A stretch of 64,000 bases of DNA from a virus. A program made the translations under genes and the position numbers. The notes below the pieces were generated by a model. The model had not been told where the DNA came from. It ran no database searches and saw only the letters and a list, made by a program, of their open reading frames with translations. Positions 39,517 to 49,871 of the stretch are shown one piece after another. The stretch is from IMG/VR virus record IMGVR_UViG_3300028666_000002, one strand, 5' to 3'. Position 1 is the stretch's first letter. Each line of letters begins with the position of its first letter.

Positions 39517-39949
39517 GTATGTGACGGGTGATCTCTTTAATTCTAAAGCTAACATCATAGCTCATGGCGTAAACTGCGCAGGCGGTTTTGGTTCTGGGAT
39601 TGCAGGTCAAATTGCCAAGTTGCATCCTGAGGCTAGGTCGGCATATCTTACCAAGTTTATCAATGAAGGTTGGGCATTGGGGGATGTGCAATTTGTGTAT
39701 CAAGAAGATGTTATTATTGCCAATTGTGCAACACAGAAAGCCTACCTCCCAAGAACGGCAGTTAATGTCAACTACGATGCAGTGCGTACTACTATGCAAA
39801 AGGTAAAAGAGTTTGCCATGTCTAAGGGCTTGACAGTTGCCGCACCAAAAATTGGTGCAGGTTTGGCTGGTGGGGATTGGCCCACCATAGAAAAGATTTT
39901 GAATGAGGTATTTCAGGACTATGACATTTCTGTATATGTTCTTGAATAG
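39509..39949 (+). CDS. Macrodomain ADP-ribose hydrolase (T4 Tk.4/DarG/TARG1-like)
   Basis: 'GDLF', 'IAHGVNC.GGFGSGIA', 'PKIGAGLAGGDW..I'. Confidence 0.9.
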   Translation: MIKYVTGDLFNSKANIIAHGVNCAGGFGSGIAGQIAKLHPEARSAYLTKFINEGWALGDVQFVYQEDVIIANCATQKAYLPRTAVNVNYDAVRTTMQKVKEFAMSKGLTVAAPKIGAGLAGGDWPTIEKILNEVFQDYDISVYVLE

Positions 39950-40136
39950 TGGTGATGGAATCAGTTAAGCTTACGAAAAGTCAAGTTGGGTTCTTAATGT
40001 CAAAGTTTGGTACAGATGATCCAGATGAAGCGATTGATTTATTTATAGAATTTTTGATTAAAAGCGACGAAGGCAATTTGAGTCCTTCTGATCTAGTAAC
40101 TCATTTGATGAAAATAATGGCCAGAGAGAATAACTA

Positions 40137-40859
40137 ATGCTTATCGTAAGCCCATACCGAGATTTCTACGATCACATCCTGGCTTTTGGGGTGGACAAGA
40201 CCATTGTTTATCAACGCAAAGAGTCAGAGATAAGTATAGAAGTTGACGGAGATTTCCCCAGTTTAAATGGTAGTGGTTTTTTAACCCGATTATATGGTTA
40301 TGATTATGCCTTTCGAGTAATCGGTTTCTGTGGCAAACTATATCCCTTTATTACGGTTGTGCAGCAAGATAGACGAAATAACGATGAAAGTACCAACAAG
40401 AAATGTTTTTACTTGTATTCCGTAGAAGATGTCAAGAAATTTCTTTTAAAATTTAACATAAAAGAGAAGAAAGAGGATCGTGGCTATTTTAGACATACCC
40501 ATTACGGTCTCAGGAATCCAGATGAGTTGGTAAATTTTTTTAAAGAAGATGCTTTTAGATCGCTACTTACTATTTTTAGTAAGCATAACGTGCCTGTATT
40601 TGTTTTATTTGACATCAAGGGTTATATGGATAGAACCGCTAAGGTAAATCTCAATCCTAGGTTGAAAAGTTATGACTTTGTTAAGGCAAAAGACCCTATT
40701 TCAGCCTTTCAAGAGCTTATGAATTACATATCTGGTGTGTTGGGTGTTCCCAACAGACCAATGGTTAAACTTTCGGATAAAGAATTGGCCAAAAAAAGAG
40801 GACATGACGATCCTTATTCCTTTAGAAAAACACCAAAGAGAGGTAAGCGAAATGGATGA
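40137..40859 (+). CDS. Conserved phage hypothetical protein
   Basis: 'DFYD....GVDKTIVY.R', 'IGFCGKLYP', 'NP.LK...F.K..DP..AFQE'. Confidence 0.6.
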   Translation: MLIVSPYRDFYDHILAFGVDKTIVYQRKESEISIEVDGDFPSLNGSGFLTRLYGYDYAFRVIGFCGKLYPFITVVQQDRRNNDESTNKKCFYLYSVEDVKKFLLKFNIKEKKEDRGYFRHTHYGLRNPDELVNFFKEDAFRSLLTIFSKHNVPVFVLFDIKGYMDRTAKVNLNPRLKSYDFVKAKDPISAFQELMNYISGVLGVPNRPMVKLSDKELAKKRGHDDPYSFRKTPKRGKRNG

Positions 40860-41130
40860 ACTTACAAAAGAACAAAAAGAGAAAATAGTTAAGTTAAACA
40901 AACGATTTATTCTTAAGGGGATTTTTTCAAGCTTTCTATACGTGATCTCCCTATTTCTGGCCAATCTTATCATCATTTATGTCGATCATTTCTACGTAAA
41001 TAATCCCCAATTCGTCTCGGTAGCCTCTATCGGCACGGCTCTCGTGGTTTTCTTTGGTTTGCGTGGGACAGTCCACGAACATCATGATATACTTACAGAA
41101 GAGACAGCAAAAATTTTGAACGAAAAGTAA
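40852..41130 (+). CDS. Membrane protein
   Basis: Two TM helices; start MDELT after a GAGG RBS. Confidence 0.55.
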   Translation: MDELTKEQKEKIVKLNKRFILKGIFSSFLYVISLFLANLIIIYVDHFYVNNPQFVSVASIGTALVVFFGLRGTVHEHHDILTEETAKILNEK

Positions 41131-41145
41131 AAGTAAAGGAAAAAT

Positions 41146-43134
41146 ATGTATCGCAGTCCAGCATCTGAATTTGTTTATGTTCGCACCTACTCACGTTGGT
41201 TAGAAAACCTTTCCAGAAGAGAAAATTGGCCAAATACAGTAGACAGATATGTAGATTTTATAGTCAAGATTCATGGTGATAAGATTCCACCAAAGGTTAT
41301 CAAGAAGATAAAACAATATTTGTTGGAATTCTCTGTTATGCCCTCTATGAGATTCTTATGGGCCGCAGGAGCGCCAGCCCAACAAGACAATACCACCATT
41401 TATAACTGCTCATTTGCCGCTGTCGATTACGTAGATGTATTTGCAGAAGCCCTTTACATTCTTATGTGCGGCACTGGATTCGGTTTTTCAGTGGAAAATC
41501 AATATATTGAGAAACTTCCACACGTATCCGCCATCATCACTGAAACGGCTGAAGTGTATGAGGTGGAAGATTCTAAGGAAGGCTGGGCAGATTCAATTAA
41601 ATTCCTAGTAAACGCACTGTACGCGGGTCAAGACCCCACTATTGGATACAATAAGGTGCGTCCTGCGGGTGCTAGACTCAAAACCATGGGTGGCAGATCC
41701 TCTGGTCCTGGCCCACTTGCTCAATTGCACTTTTTTATCAAACAAGTTTTCTATGCAGCCCGTGGAAGACAGCTTAATTCTGTGGAATGTCATGATATTC
41801 TTTGTGAAATTGCTTCAATTGTAGTAGTTGGAGGCGTCAGGAGGTCCAGCGAAATATCTATTTCTGACTTAAATGATGTTTTGATGCGAGACGCCAAGAA
41901 CACTAACTTTCCAGTAAGACGACATATGGCCAATAACTCAGCAGTTTATTATACAAAACCTGATATGGTCACATTTATGAAGGAATGGACGGCTCTAGTA
42001 GCTTCTGGCTCAGGAGAACGTGGTATTTTTAACCTAGAAGCTGCCAGAAAAATGGCTCCTAAACGTAGAAAGGCCGATCTGATCGCAGGAACCAATCCTT
42101 GTGCTGAAATTCAGCTGCGCTCTAGACAATTTTGTAATTTATCAGAAGTTGTGGCTCGTGAAGATGATGATATTGACACCATGCTTGATAAAATTGAAAC
42201 CGCAGTCTGGATGGGCATTATTCAGGCCTGTTTTACATATTTCCCTTACCTTGGATCTGAATGGAAAAGGAACTGTGAAGAAGAAAGATTGCTCGGCGTG
42301 TCAATTACTGGTCAGTTTGACGCCCCCCATGTGTGTACAGAAGAGGCACTGAAGGCTTACAAAGCTAGAACCTTAAAAGTGGCAAAGAAAGCTTCTGAAA
42401 TAATGGGAATTAACATGCCAGCAGCCGTAACTTGCGTTAAACCAAGTGGCACGGTTAGTCAGCTGGTCGATTCTGCATCTGGATTGCACCCTAGATTCTC
42501 TAAGTATTATATTCGTCGCTATAGAATTGCTGCGGTAGATCCATTACTTAAGATGATCAAAGAACAGGGCGTACCGTTGTCCCCAGATACGGGACAAAGA
42601 AAGCAAGATCATTCTAAGGCGATGGTAACGTACAAAGCGTGCCTGGATAGTGGCTTGGAAGAGGCGCTTGCTATGAAACAGGCAAAGTCAACCTGCCCCA
42701 TATTCGATTCTGAAGGTTGGTCAGCAGATCGAGTCAATACCTGGGTGGCATCTTTTCCTGTGGCAGCTCCTAAACATGCCATAACTGTTGAAGATGTTAG
42801 TGCTATTGAACAGCTAGAGTGGTATAAGAAAGTCCAAAAGAATTGGTGTGAACACAATGCATCAATTACCGTCTATGTGCGTCCAGAAGAATGGTTATTG
42901 GTTGGCGATTGGGTATACAAAAATTGGGATATTGTTAACGGGGTTTCCTTTCTTCCTTATCAGGATCACGTTTATGATCAGGCACCATATGAAAAGATTA
43001 CAAAAGAAGAATATGATAAGATGACTAAGGATTTTCCAAAGATTGACTATACTAAACTGAGTGGATATGAACAAGAAGATAACACAGAAGGCGCTAAATC
43101 TTTGGCTTGTGTTTCTGGAATATGTGAGATATAA
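41146..43134 (+). CDS. nrdJ: Class II (adenosylcobalamin-dependent) ribonucleotide reductase
   Basis: 'RTYSRW', 'PSMR', 'YNC', 'VVVGGVRRS', 'GTNPCAEI', 'CVKPSGTVSQL', 'WCEHNAS.T', C-terminal 'ACVSGICEI'. Confidence 0.95.
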   Translation: MYRSPASEFVYVRTYSRWLENLSRRENWPNTVDRYVDFIVKIHGDKIPPKVIKKIKQYLLEFSVMPSMRFLWAAGAPAQQDNTTIYNCSFAAVDYVDVFAEALYILMCGTGFGFSVENQYIEKLPHVSAIITETAEVYEVEDSKEGWADSIKFLVNALYAGQDPTIGYNKVRPAGARLKTMGGRSSGPGPLAQLHFFIKQVFYAARGRQLNSVECHDILCEIASIVVVGGVRRSSEISISDLNDVLMRDAKNTNFPVRRHMANNSAVYYTKPDMVTFMKEWTALVASGSGERGIFNLEAARKMAPKRRKADLIAGTNPCAEIQLRSRQFCNLSEVVAREDDDIDTMLDKIETAVWMGIIQACFTYFPYLGSEWKRNCEEERLLGVSITGQFDAPHVCTEEALKAYKARTLKVAKKASEIMGINMPAAVTCVKPSGTVSQLVDSASGLHPRFSKYYIRRYRIAAVDPLLKMIKEQGVPLSPDTGQRKQDHSKAMVTYKACLDSGLEEALAMKQAKSTCPIFDSEGWSADRVNTWVASFPVAAPKHAITVEDVSAIEQLEWYKKVQKNWCEHNASITVYVRPEEWLLVGDWVYKNWDIVNGVSFLPYQDHVYDQAPYEKITKEEYDKMTKDFPKIDYTKLSGYEQEDNTEGAKSLACVSGICEI

Positions 43135-43152
43135 TGCCCGTAGAGGTGAATT

Positions 43153-43557
43153 ATGAGTAAATTTCTTATGAATCGTTTGGCTAATGCCAATAATCAATTT
43201 CAGGGTAAATATAAGCGTGTTCTATGTGTTTGCAGCGCAGGCCTTTTGCGGTCGCCAACCGCAGCCCTAGTTTTGTCTCAAGAACCATACAATTTCAACA
43301 CTCGCGCAGCCGGTTTGGAAGAAACGTTTGCTCTTATTCCGGTCGATGAAGTCCTTTTGGCTTGGGCCGATGAGATTGTTTGTATGACCGAAGACCAAGC
43401 AGAGCGCTTGGCTGCAAAGGTCCCAAATAAACCTGTTATTTGTCTTCAGATCGAGGATAGTTTCGAATATCGCAATCCAGAACTTGTGAACTTGATTAAA
43501 ACCAATTATGATGCGGCACAAGAGGCAATGAAAGAAGGCGACGATGAAGAAAAGTAA
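43153..43557 (+). CDS. Low-molecular-weight protein tyrosine phosphatase-like protein
   Basis: P-loop 'VCSAGLLRSPTA' (CX5R), 'WADEIVCM', 'I.D.F.Y..PEL'. Confidence 0.85.
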   Translation: MSKFLMNRLANANNQFQGKYKRVLCVCSAGLLRSPTAALVLSQEPYNFNTRAAGLEETFALIPVDEVLLAWADEIVCMTEDQAERLAAKVPNKPVICLQIEDSFEYRNPELVNLIKTNYDAAQEAMKEGDDEEK

Positions 43558-44057
43558 GATGGTTCAAGAAATGACTGAGTTTTGGCTTGCCCTATTTCCC
43601 GATGAAAAAATGTACGACCCCCTTCTTTTCGAAGAAGTAAAAGAAAGAATGGGTGTTTTGTTGACATTTCTTGAGCGTAAAGGAATGAAGCCGCCTGTTG
43701 AAGACGTCTGTCCGGTATTGTTCCAAACTAAGCATGTGTGGGAGCAGGAAAATGATTAACCTTGAAGAGGCATTGCAGGAATTGACATCTAAGACCTATG
43801 CTCAGATTCAAACCGAGACCACCTATAAATGGTTGGGCCGTGCCGCTGCATGTTACGAAACCTGTTCGGAAGAGCAAGAGTTTTCAAAGAAGCTGGTGTG
43901 GTGGACACTTGGCGAAGAATATCTACATGAGGCAATTGAGCACGGTGCTCTAGTAAACGATGATGGTAAGTTGGTAAAGGAAGTTAGGGATACTATCCAT
44001 CTTTATCAAGAGAACGCCTCTCATACTATGGGATCTACCCCAGAGAAAGCGACTTAA
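43544..44057 (+). CDS. Two hypothetical genes (43544-43759, 43752-44057)
   Basis: Overlapping junctions; the first shares 'LE..GM.PP...WE.E' with 45188..45376. Confidence 0.55.
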
Positions 44058-44186
44058 TGTGAAGTCCTACAAAGAAATGATTGAACAAAACAAGCGAGAT
44101 ATTCGTACTAATAATATATTTTTAGCATTTTTAGTCTTTGGGCTTATCATTCAAGGTGCCTGTATTGTTATGGCATTTTTATCAAA

Positions 44187-45191
44187 ATGAATAAAATCAT
44201 CGAGATAAAGTTTGGGTCTTGGCTTTATGGTACTAATACTCCCGAATCCGATTTGGATTTTAAGGGTATTTATCTTCCTACGGCCAGAGAAATTATCCTT
44301 GGTTCCTATAAAGAAACTATCTCTACTTCTAGAAAAAAACAAGAATGCGAGCGCAACACTAAAGACGATGTTGATAGAGAATTTTTCAGTTTAGATCGAT
44401 ATTTGGCTCTCCTAACCGAGGGACAAACCGTTGCGTTGGATATTTTATTTGCTCCTGAATTTAATGCTGTTATAACCGGAATCCCCCATCCTATTTGCTC
44501 TCAAATTTATGACAATAAAGATAAACTTTTAACTCGCAATGTTAATGCTTTTTATGGTTATGCGAAACAACAGGCGGCTCGTTATGGCATCAAAGGCTCC
44601 AGAATGGACGCTCTTAAGCGCGTTGTGGCTATGTTGGAGCCTTTACCCTTATATGACAAGCTGAACCTCCATACAGACAAAATAGATGCTTTGGTTAAAG
44701 AATGTCAAGAACTTATCTCTCTGGAAAAGACTGCCCTCGTAGAAATCCTACAGATCCCAAATGGGGACAAGGCTACATTGATGCCACACCTCCATGTTAA
44801 TGGCAGAAAGTGCCCATTCAACGCTACGGTTAAGGTGGCATTGGGAATGTATTCTAAAATATTGGCAGAATATGGTGGTCGTGCTCAAAAAGCACATCTC
44901 TCAGGCGGAAAAGATTGGAAAGCATTGAGCCATGCTGTAAGAGTAAATAGCGAGGCTATGGAACTTCTAATAAAAGGTTATATTACCTTTCCTCGCCCAG
45001 ACAGAGAACTTTTGGTTAAAATTAAGACCGAACAGATGCCTTATGAAGAAGTGGCTGAAATAATTGAAGAAGGTCTTGTAAAATTGACCGAAGCTCACGA
45101 AACATCTCAGCTTAGAGAGGCGCCGGACCAGGAATGGGTTGACAATTTTATCTACGACATTTATTCTAGTATTGTAAGGGAGAGTAAATGA
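44187..45191 (+). CDS. Pol-beta superfamily nucleotidyltransferase (RlaP/T4 NrdC.11-like)
   Basis: 'FGSWLYGTNTPESDLDFKGIYLP', 'GYA.QQA..YG.KGSR', 'DWKALSHAVR', 'FPRP....L..IK'. Confidence 0.9.
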   Translation: MNKIIEIKFGSWLYGTNTPESDLDFKGIYLPTAREIILGSYKETISTSRKKQECERNTKDDVDREFFSLDRYLALLTEGQTVALDILFAPEFNAVITGIPHPICSQIYDNKDKLLTRNVNAFYGYAKQQAARYGIKGSRMDALKRVVAMLEPLPLYDKLNLHTDKIDALVKECQELISLEKTALVEILQIPNGDKATLMPHLHVNGRKCPFNATVKVALGMYSKILAEYGGRAQKAHLSGGKDWKALSHAVRVNSEAMELLIKGYITFPRPDRELLVKIKTEQMPYEEVAEIIEEGLVKLTEAHETSQLREAPDQEWVDNFIYDIYSSIVRESK

Positions 45192-45368
45192 AACGTTCAC
45201 AAGCGCTAAATATAATTTGGGAAGCCATCAACGAACTTGAGGATGCGAATTATATTTTGAAAAGGCTGGAAGATGCAGGAATGCAACCTCCAGCATACAG
45301 AAAAAGACACGAGAATCCTATTTTTGGCCCTGATTGGTTTGCAGATACATATGAATGGGAGCCAGAAA

Positions 45369-46250
45369 ATGAGTAATCTCATCGTGATGGTTGGCCCGCC
45401 CGGAAGCGGAAAGTCTACCTTTTCTAAGCAATATGTTGCTGAAGGGTTTACCTATATCAATCAAGACTCGCAAGGACGACAGCATTTGGAATTTTTCGAG
45501 GCAGCCATTCTTGCTGGCGAAAACGTGATCGTAGATAGGTTGGGGTTTACCAAACAGCAGCGCTCTCGTTATTTGGATTTGGCTAAGAAGCACAGCTATG
45601 AGACTGAAATTGTCGTGCTGCACCAGCCTCGTGAGGTTTGTTTGCAACGTTGCCTTGCTCGCGTAGGCCATGAAACTATCAAAGAAGAGAAGGCTGCACA
45701 TTCCGCCATCAATATGTTTTTCTCTAAATATGAGCGCGTTACGGATGATGAGGCCACAAAAGTAACTCGTATTTGGCCAGAAGGTTTGAAGCCCTTGGCT
45801 GTGATCGTTGATATTGACGGCACGATAGCTAATATAGAACATAGGCGTCGATTCGTTCGTCCTGATAAACCTCTAGTAGAAGGTGAGAAATTTAAAAAGG
45901 ACTGGAATGGATTCTTTAGTACAATGCACGAGGATAAACCTAATGGGTGGTGCGTTTCTTTAGTTAACCTTTTAAGCAAACAATATTCTATCGTATTTTG
46001 TTCTGGCAGACCAGATAACTATAAAAATATCACCGAGATTTGGCTAGATGGATATGTTAAATATGACAATTTGTTCATGAGACCTAGGAACGATAGTCGC
46101 AAAGACAGCGTAACCAAGGAGATAATTTTGGATTTCGAAATACTTCCTAGATACGTTCCCTATTTTATGATCGATGACAGGCAACAGGTTGTGGATCTCT
46201 GGCGTTCAAGAGGTTATGTTTGTCTTCAGTGCGATAAGGGGGATTTTTAA
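45369..46250 (+). CDS. pseT: Polynucleotide 5'-kinase/3'-phosphatase (T4 PseT-like)
   Basis: P-loop 'GPPGSGKST'; HAD 'DIDGTIA', 'SGRP', 'LFMRP..D.RKD...K', 'DDRQQVVDLWR..G..C.Q...GDF'; start ATG 45369. Confidence 0.92.
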   Translation: MSNLIVMVGPPGSGKSTFSKQYVAEGFTYINQDSQGRQHLEFFEAAILAGENVIVDRLGFTKQQRSRYLDLAKKHSYETEIVVLHQPREVCLQRCLARVGHETIKEEKAAHSAINMFFSKYERVTDDEATKVTRIWPEGLKPLAVIVDIDGTIANIEHRRRFVRPDKPLVEGEKFKKDWNGFFSTMHEDKPNGWCVSLVNLLSKQYSIVFCSGRPDNYKNITEIWLDGYVKYDNLFMRPRNDSRKDSVTKEIILDFEILPRYVPYFMIDDRQQVVDLWRSRGYVCLQCDKGDF

Positions 46251-46768
46251 TGATACTATTGCCCATCCCAGATTTTGAGGGATATTTTGCTGGAGACGAT
46301 GGCAATATCTACTCTAATCGTTTAAAGACTCAACCTTATAGGAAACTTAAGGGACATATATAATCAAACGGTAGATATTTTATTGTACATTTGAGAGTTA
46401 AAAATATGAAGAATAGTTGCTGGCAAAGGGTCCATAGGCTGATTTGCATCGCTTATCATGGTCAGCCACCTTACGAAGCGGTGACGGTTTCTCATTTGGA
46501 TGGGAATTGGAGAAATAATAAACCGGAAAATTTAGCCTGGGAAAGTATGGGCGAAAATCATGACAGAAAAAAAGAGCACGGCACAGACGATATAGGGATT
46601 AAAAACAGTAGAGCATCTATAGATGTGGATACTTTGATTAAAATACGAAAGCTATTGAAGCAATCTTCTTTAACTCATAAAGAGATAGGAGAAAAGTTTG
46701 GGTTAGATAGAGTTTTTATCACAAAAATAGCAAATGGGTATAGGTATAAGAATCAGGGTTTTGTGTGA
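46250..46768 (+). pseudogene. NUMOD4-HNH homing endonuclease with an in-frame stop
   Basis: ATG 46250 MILLPIPDFEGYFAGDDGNIYS...KGHI, TAA at 46361-46363, then the same frame continues SNGRYFIVHL...VHRLIC.AYHG...VSHLDGNWRNNKPENLAW. Confidence 0.8.
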
Positions 46769-46788
46769 TTTAGAAAGGGTAACTTCTA

Positions 46789-46980
46789 ATGACCAAAGAA
46801 GAAACATGGGTTCGTAGCTGTCTCGGCAAGAAGCGATATGGAACCTTGACTTTTGTCGAAAAATTGGTTATAGATATAAAGATGAAGCGTGGGCTTGATC
46901 TATACTTTTATCCGTGTCCAAGCTGTCAGGGATACCACCTTACGAAGCGAAACAAACGATTGGAGATAAGCAATGTTTGA
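46789..46980 (+). CDS. Small Zn-finger phage protein
   Basis: 'C.GKKRY...Y.CP.C.GYHLT'. Confidence 0.65.
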   Translation: MTKEETWVRSCLGKKRYGTLTFVEKLVIDIKMKRGLDLYFYPCPSCQGYHLTKRNKRLEISNV

Positions 46981-48151
46981 ATTCAAACCAAAATGGGAAG
47001 TGGCCATCGCTGAACAGACCATACAGGCCGATGGAAGCATTTACAAAGTTCCATTTACGAAAATTTTGAACGTTCAAAACCACCCCAACGCTGATAGGCT
47101 AGATATTTGTACCGTGTATGGTTTTCAAGTTATCACCCAACGTGATAAATATAAAGTTGGAGATTCAATTATTTACATCCCTATCGACTCGCTATTGCCC
47201 GACTGGCTGTCTGCTATTTTGTTTCCAGAGGGAAGCAAGATCACTATCAAGAATAATCGTGTGCGTCAAATTAAAATAAGAAAATGCGCATCTCAAGGTA
47301 TGGTTGTGGATCTTAAAGACGTATCTTCTAAGGTTAATCCCGAATATCTCACTTTGGAACAGGATTTGGCCGCCATACTCGGTATTACCAAATACGAACC
47401 ACCACAAAGAGTTGGTACCGGAACCAGAATGCAAAAGCCAAGAAATAAACCCTTAGAAAACGGGAGGTTCCACCGTTATGGAGGGATAGACAATGCAAAA
47501 TGGTACCCAAATTACTTTGAAAATCAAGAAGTTATTCTACAAGAAAAATTACACGGAAGCAACTGTCGAGCCTCATATGCGAAGACTGCCGCAAATACCT
47601 TCTGGAAGAAGGTTCTACGATTCTTTGGTAAGTTGCCTAAGTACGAGTATTGTTACGGAAGTAATAACGTTCAACTCCAGGAACGCAAGAATTACACTGG
47701 CTTCTATGAAGGAGATGTTTACGGAGAAGTCCTGAAGAAGGTCGATGCATTCAATAGGCTCAAACCTGGCGAAACGATTTATGGAGAACTTATTGGACCT
47801 GGAATTCAAGGAAATTATGATTATGGCCATACTGAGCACCATTTTGTTCTGTTTGACGTTAAGGTAGAAAGGGAAGATGGTTCTCAAGAGTTTCTTGATC
47901 CGGAACAAGCCGAAGCATTTGCAAAAGAACGTGGATTTGACTTTGTTCCAGTCCTTTATCGTGGTATATTCAATGCAGAGTTAGCCAAGCAACTTTCTAT
48001 GGGACCTAGCATTTACAATGCGAAACAGAAGGTTCGAGAAGGGGTAGTTATAAAGGCTAGAACGGGATATGGCGAGAATTCTAGCAAAAAGGCTTTGAAG
48101 TTGATCTCAGAAGACTATTTGAATGATGATTCGAATACCGACTTCCATTAG
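46973..48151 (+). CDS. RNA ligase, DRB0094 family (N-terminal OB-like domain)
   Basis: 'HPNADRL....V.G.QV', 'YIPIDS.LP', motif I 'QEKLHGSN', 'YGE.IGPGIQ', 'FDV', 'VPVLY.G', 'REGVVIK', 'K.ISEDYL'. Confidence 0.92.
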   Translation: MFEFKPKWEVAIAEQTIQADGSIYKVPFTKILNVQNHPNADRLDICTVYGFQVITQRDKYKVGDSIIYIPIDSLLPDWLSAILFPEGSKITIKNNRVRQIKIRKCASQGMVVDLKDVSSKVNPEYLTLEQDLAAILGITKYEPPQRVGTGTRMQKPRNKPLENGRFHRYGGIDNAKWYPNYFENQEVILQEKLHGSNCRASYAKTAANTFWKKVLRFFGKLPKYEYCYGSNNVQLQERKNYTGFYEGDVYGEVLKKVDAFNRLKPGETIYGELIGPGIQGNYDYGHTEHHFVLFDVKVEREDGSQEFLDPEQAEAFAKERGFDFVPVLYRGIFNAELAKQLSMGPSIYNAKQKVREGVVIKARTGYGENSSKKALKLISEDYLNDDSNTDFH

Positions 48152-48439
48152 GGGTAACTATGTGTGTTGTTTGTACAGATTGGAATAAAGGTAAGATGAC
48201 CGATAAAGAAGCTTTTAGGGCATTGGGCGAGTTGATTAACACGGCTGATGCAAAAAGCAAGGATTTGGAGCATTATCTTGAGGTCTCTGATAAGATTTTG
48301 GACAAGGAATTTCCTGTCAATGGCAATGATGATGAATCGTAATAGAAATTATACATATTTTACCTTGACAATATGGTTTATAGCTTTTGTACTGGTAGTT
48401 ATTAGGCTGTACGAAAGTTTCCCCGGCAAGTGAGGATAA

Positions 48440-49159
48440 ATGAGCAAAATTTTGGTAGAACTACAAGAATCGATGGGCTCAGATGCCTCCATTGCAAACG
48501 CCGCATGGACTTCCACTTACGATAAGGATCGTAGAGAAGACAAGTACGACGATGCGGCTAAGGTAGCAGAGATTGTCCCAAGACTAATCAAAGATGGCCA
48601 TGGAACCCCTATAGAATCGGTCATATTTCGCTTTTGGATCAGAATGCCTATCTACACAGATCGTCAGCACATGACTCATCGCATAGCCTCACACAATGGC
48701 CTTTCCGGACGTTACAGAACAATGCCAGATGATTGGTTTTCCATACCGAGTGATGTGATTACCATTTTAGACAATGCCTTTGATCCCGATGGTGATGAAG
48801 GGTTAGGTTATGGACAGTCAGTCAAAGACGGATTTGATAAAATATGTCAACAGGCAAATGATTGGTATCAAAAACGTATAGAATATTTAAAGAAATGGCA
48901 AAGTGTAGGAAATATCACCAATGCAGAATTCAAGCGTGCTCGCGAAGTGCTTAGAGGAGTATTGCCATTAGCAGGCATGATTGAACGTACAACTATCATG
49001 AATCTTCGCTCTTTTGCTAACTATCAGTTTCAGCGCAATTCTTCCCATGCTCAGCCAGAAATCAAGAGGGTAGCAGAACTTATGTTGGAAGAAGTTAAAA
49101 AGGCCAATGTGGCGCCCATAGCCATCAAAACTCTCGAAGAGATCGGTTGGAAATTGTGA
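48440..49159 (+). CDS. thyX: Flavin-dependent thymidylate synthase
   Basis: 'MGSD.SI.NAA..S', 'H.TP.E', 'RQ..THRIAS.N..SGRY', 'ARE..R..LP', 'NLRS', 'HAQ.EI'. Confidence 0.9.
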   Translation: MSKILVELQESMGSDASIANAAWTSTYDKDRREDKYDDAAKVAEIVPRLIKDGHGTPIESVIFRFWIRMPIYTDRQHMTHRIASHNGLSGRYRTMPDDWFSIPSDVITILDNAFDPDGDEGLGYGQSVKDGFDKICQQANDWYQKRIEYLKKWQSVGNITNAEFKRAREVLRGVLPLAGMIERTTIMNLRSFANYQFQRNSSHAQPEIKRVAELMLEEVKKANVAPIAIKTLEEIGWKL

Positions 49160-49406
49160 TCTTAGACATAGACAGATATGCAGCCAACAAAGAATTCATT
49201 CAGGATTACTATAGAAGTCATAAGAATGAACCTTTAACTAGAATGATTGCCCTACTTTCAACATCCAGTATGGTTCCCTGTGTGGTCGTCTCTTACTATG
49301 TTGGTGAGGTGGCTGGTTGGCCCGAAGAAATAGTTGAAAGTATAAAAAGATTGACAGAATTCTATGATTATGATGAAATTCTGAATAAACCCAAGGGATC
49401 TCCTGT

Positions 49407-49841
49407 ATGAAAGTATTGTTTTTAGATATCGACGGCGTTCTTAATCTTTGGCCTGCGCCTACTAGAAGTGGCGTGTTCCATAAACCCTCCTGTATCAATC
49501 TGGAATATCTTCTTACTAAGGTTCCTGATTTGAAAATTGTCATGTCTAGTGCATGGCGACTTCTTCATACTTTGGAGGAACTTAAGGACATTCTCAAATC
49601 TAATGGAATAGACCCTCGCCGTCTCATTGGCGTTACCGGCACAGAACAGAGTCCTAATTCTGATGATCGTCGAGGATTCCAGATAGAGTGTTGGCTAAAA
49701 AGGCATCCTAAAGTTAAAACGTTTGCGATTGTGGATGACGAAACCGATATGGGATCTTTGAAGAATAAGCTTGTCAAAACCGATAGATACGTCGGCCTCA
49801 CCCAATCAAATGTTGAAAAACTTATAGAGCTTCTCAGCTAA
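49407..49841 (+). CDS. HAD-superfamily protein ('Swiss army knife' RNA-repair HAD type)
   Basis: 'LFLDIDGVLN', 'IV.SS.WR', 'RG..I..WL', 'AIVDD..DM', 'GLT'. Confidence 0.85.
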   Translation: MKVLFLDIDGVLNLWPAPTRSGVFHKPSCINLEYLLTKVPDLKIVMSSAWRLLHTLEELKDILKSNGIDPRRLIGVTGTEQSPNSDDRRGFQIECWLKRHPKVKTFAIVDDETDMGSLKNKLVKTDRYVGLTQSNVEKLIELLS

Positions 49842-49871
49842 CAAATATTGTGGTATACTAATATTAGTTTT

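Noticed and set aside
41146-43134. Intein or intron in the RNR
   Set aside because: ORF is continuous and of normal length; no C/S...HN-C/S/T splice motifs or LAGLIDADG blocks
48660-48720. Inactive ThyX because of THR instead of RHR
   Set aside because: THR is an accepted variant of the ThyX motif; the catalytic Ser and downstream Arg residues are present
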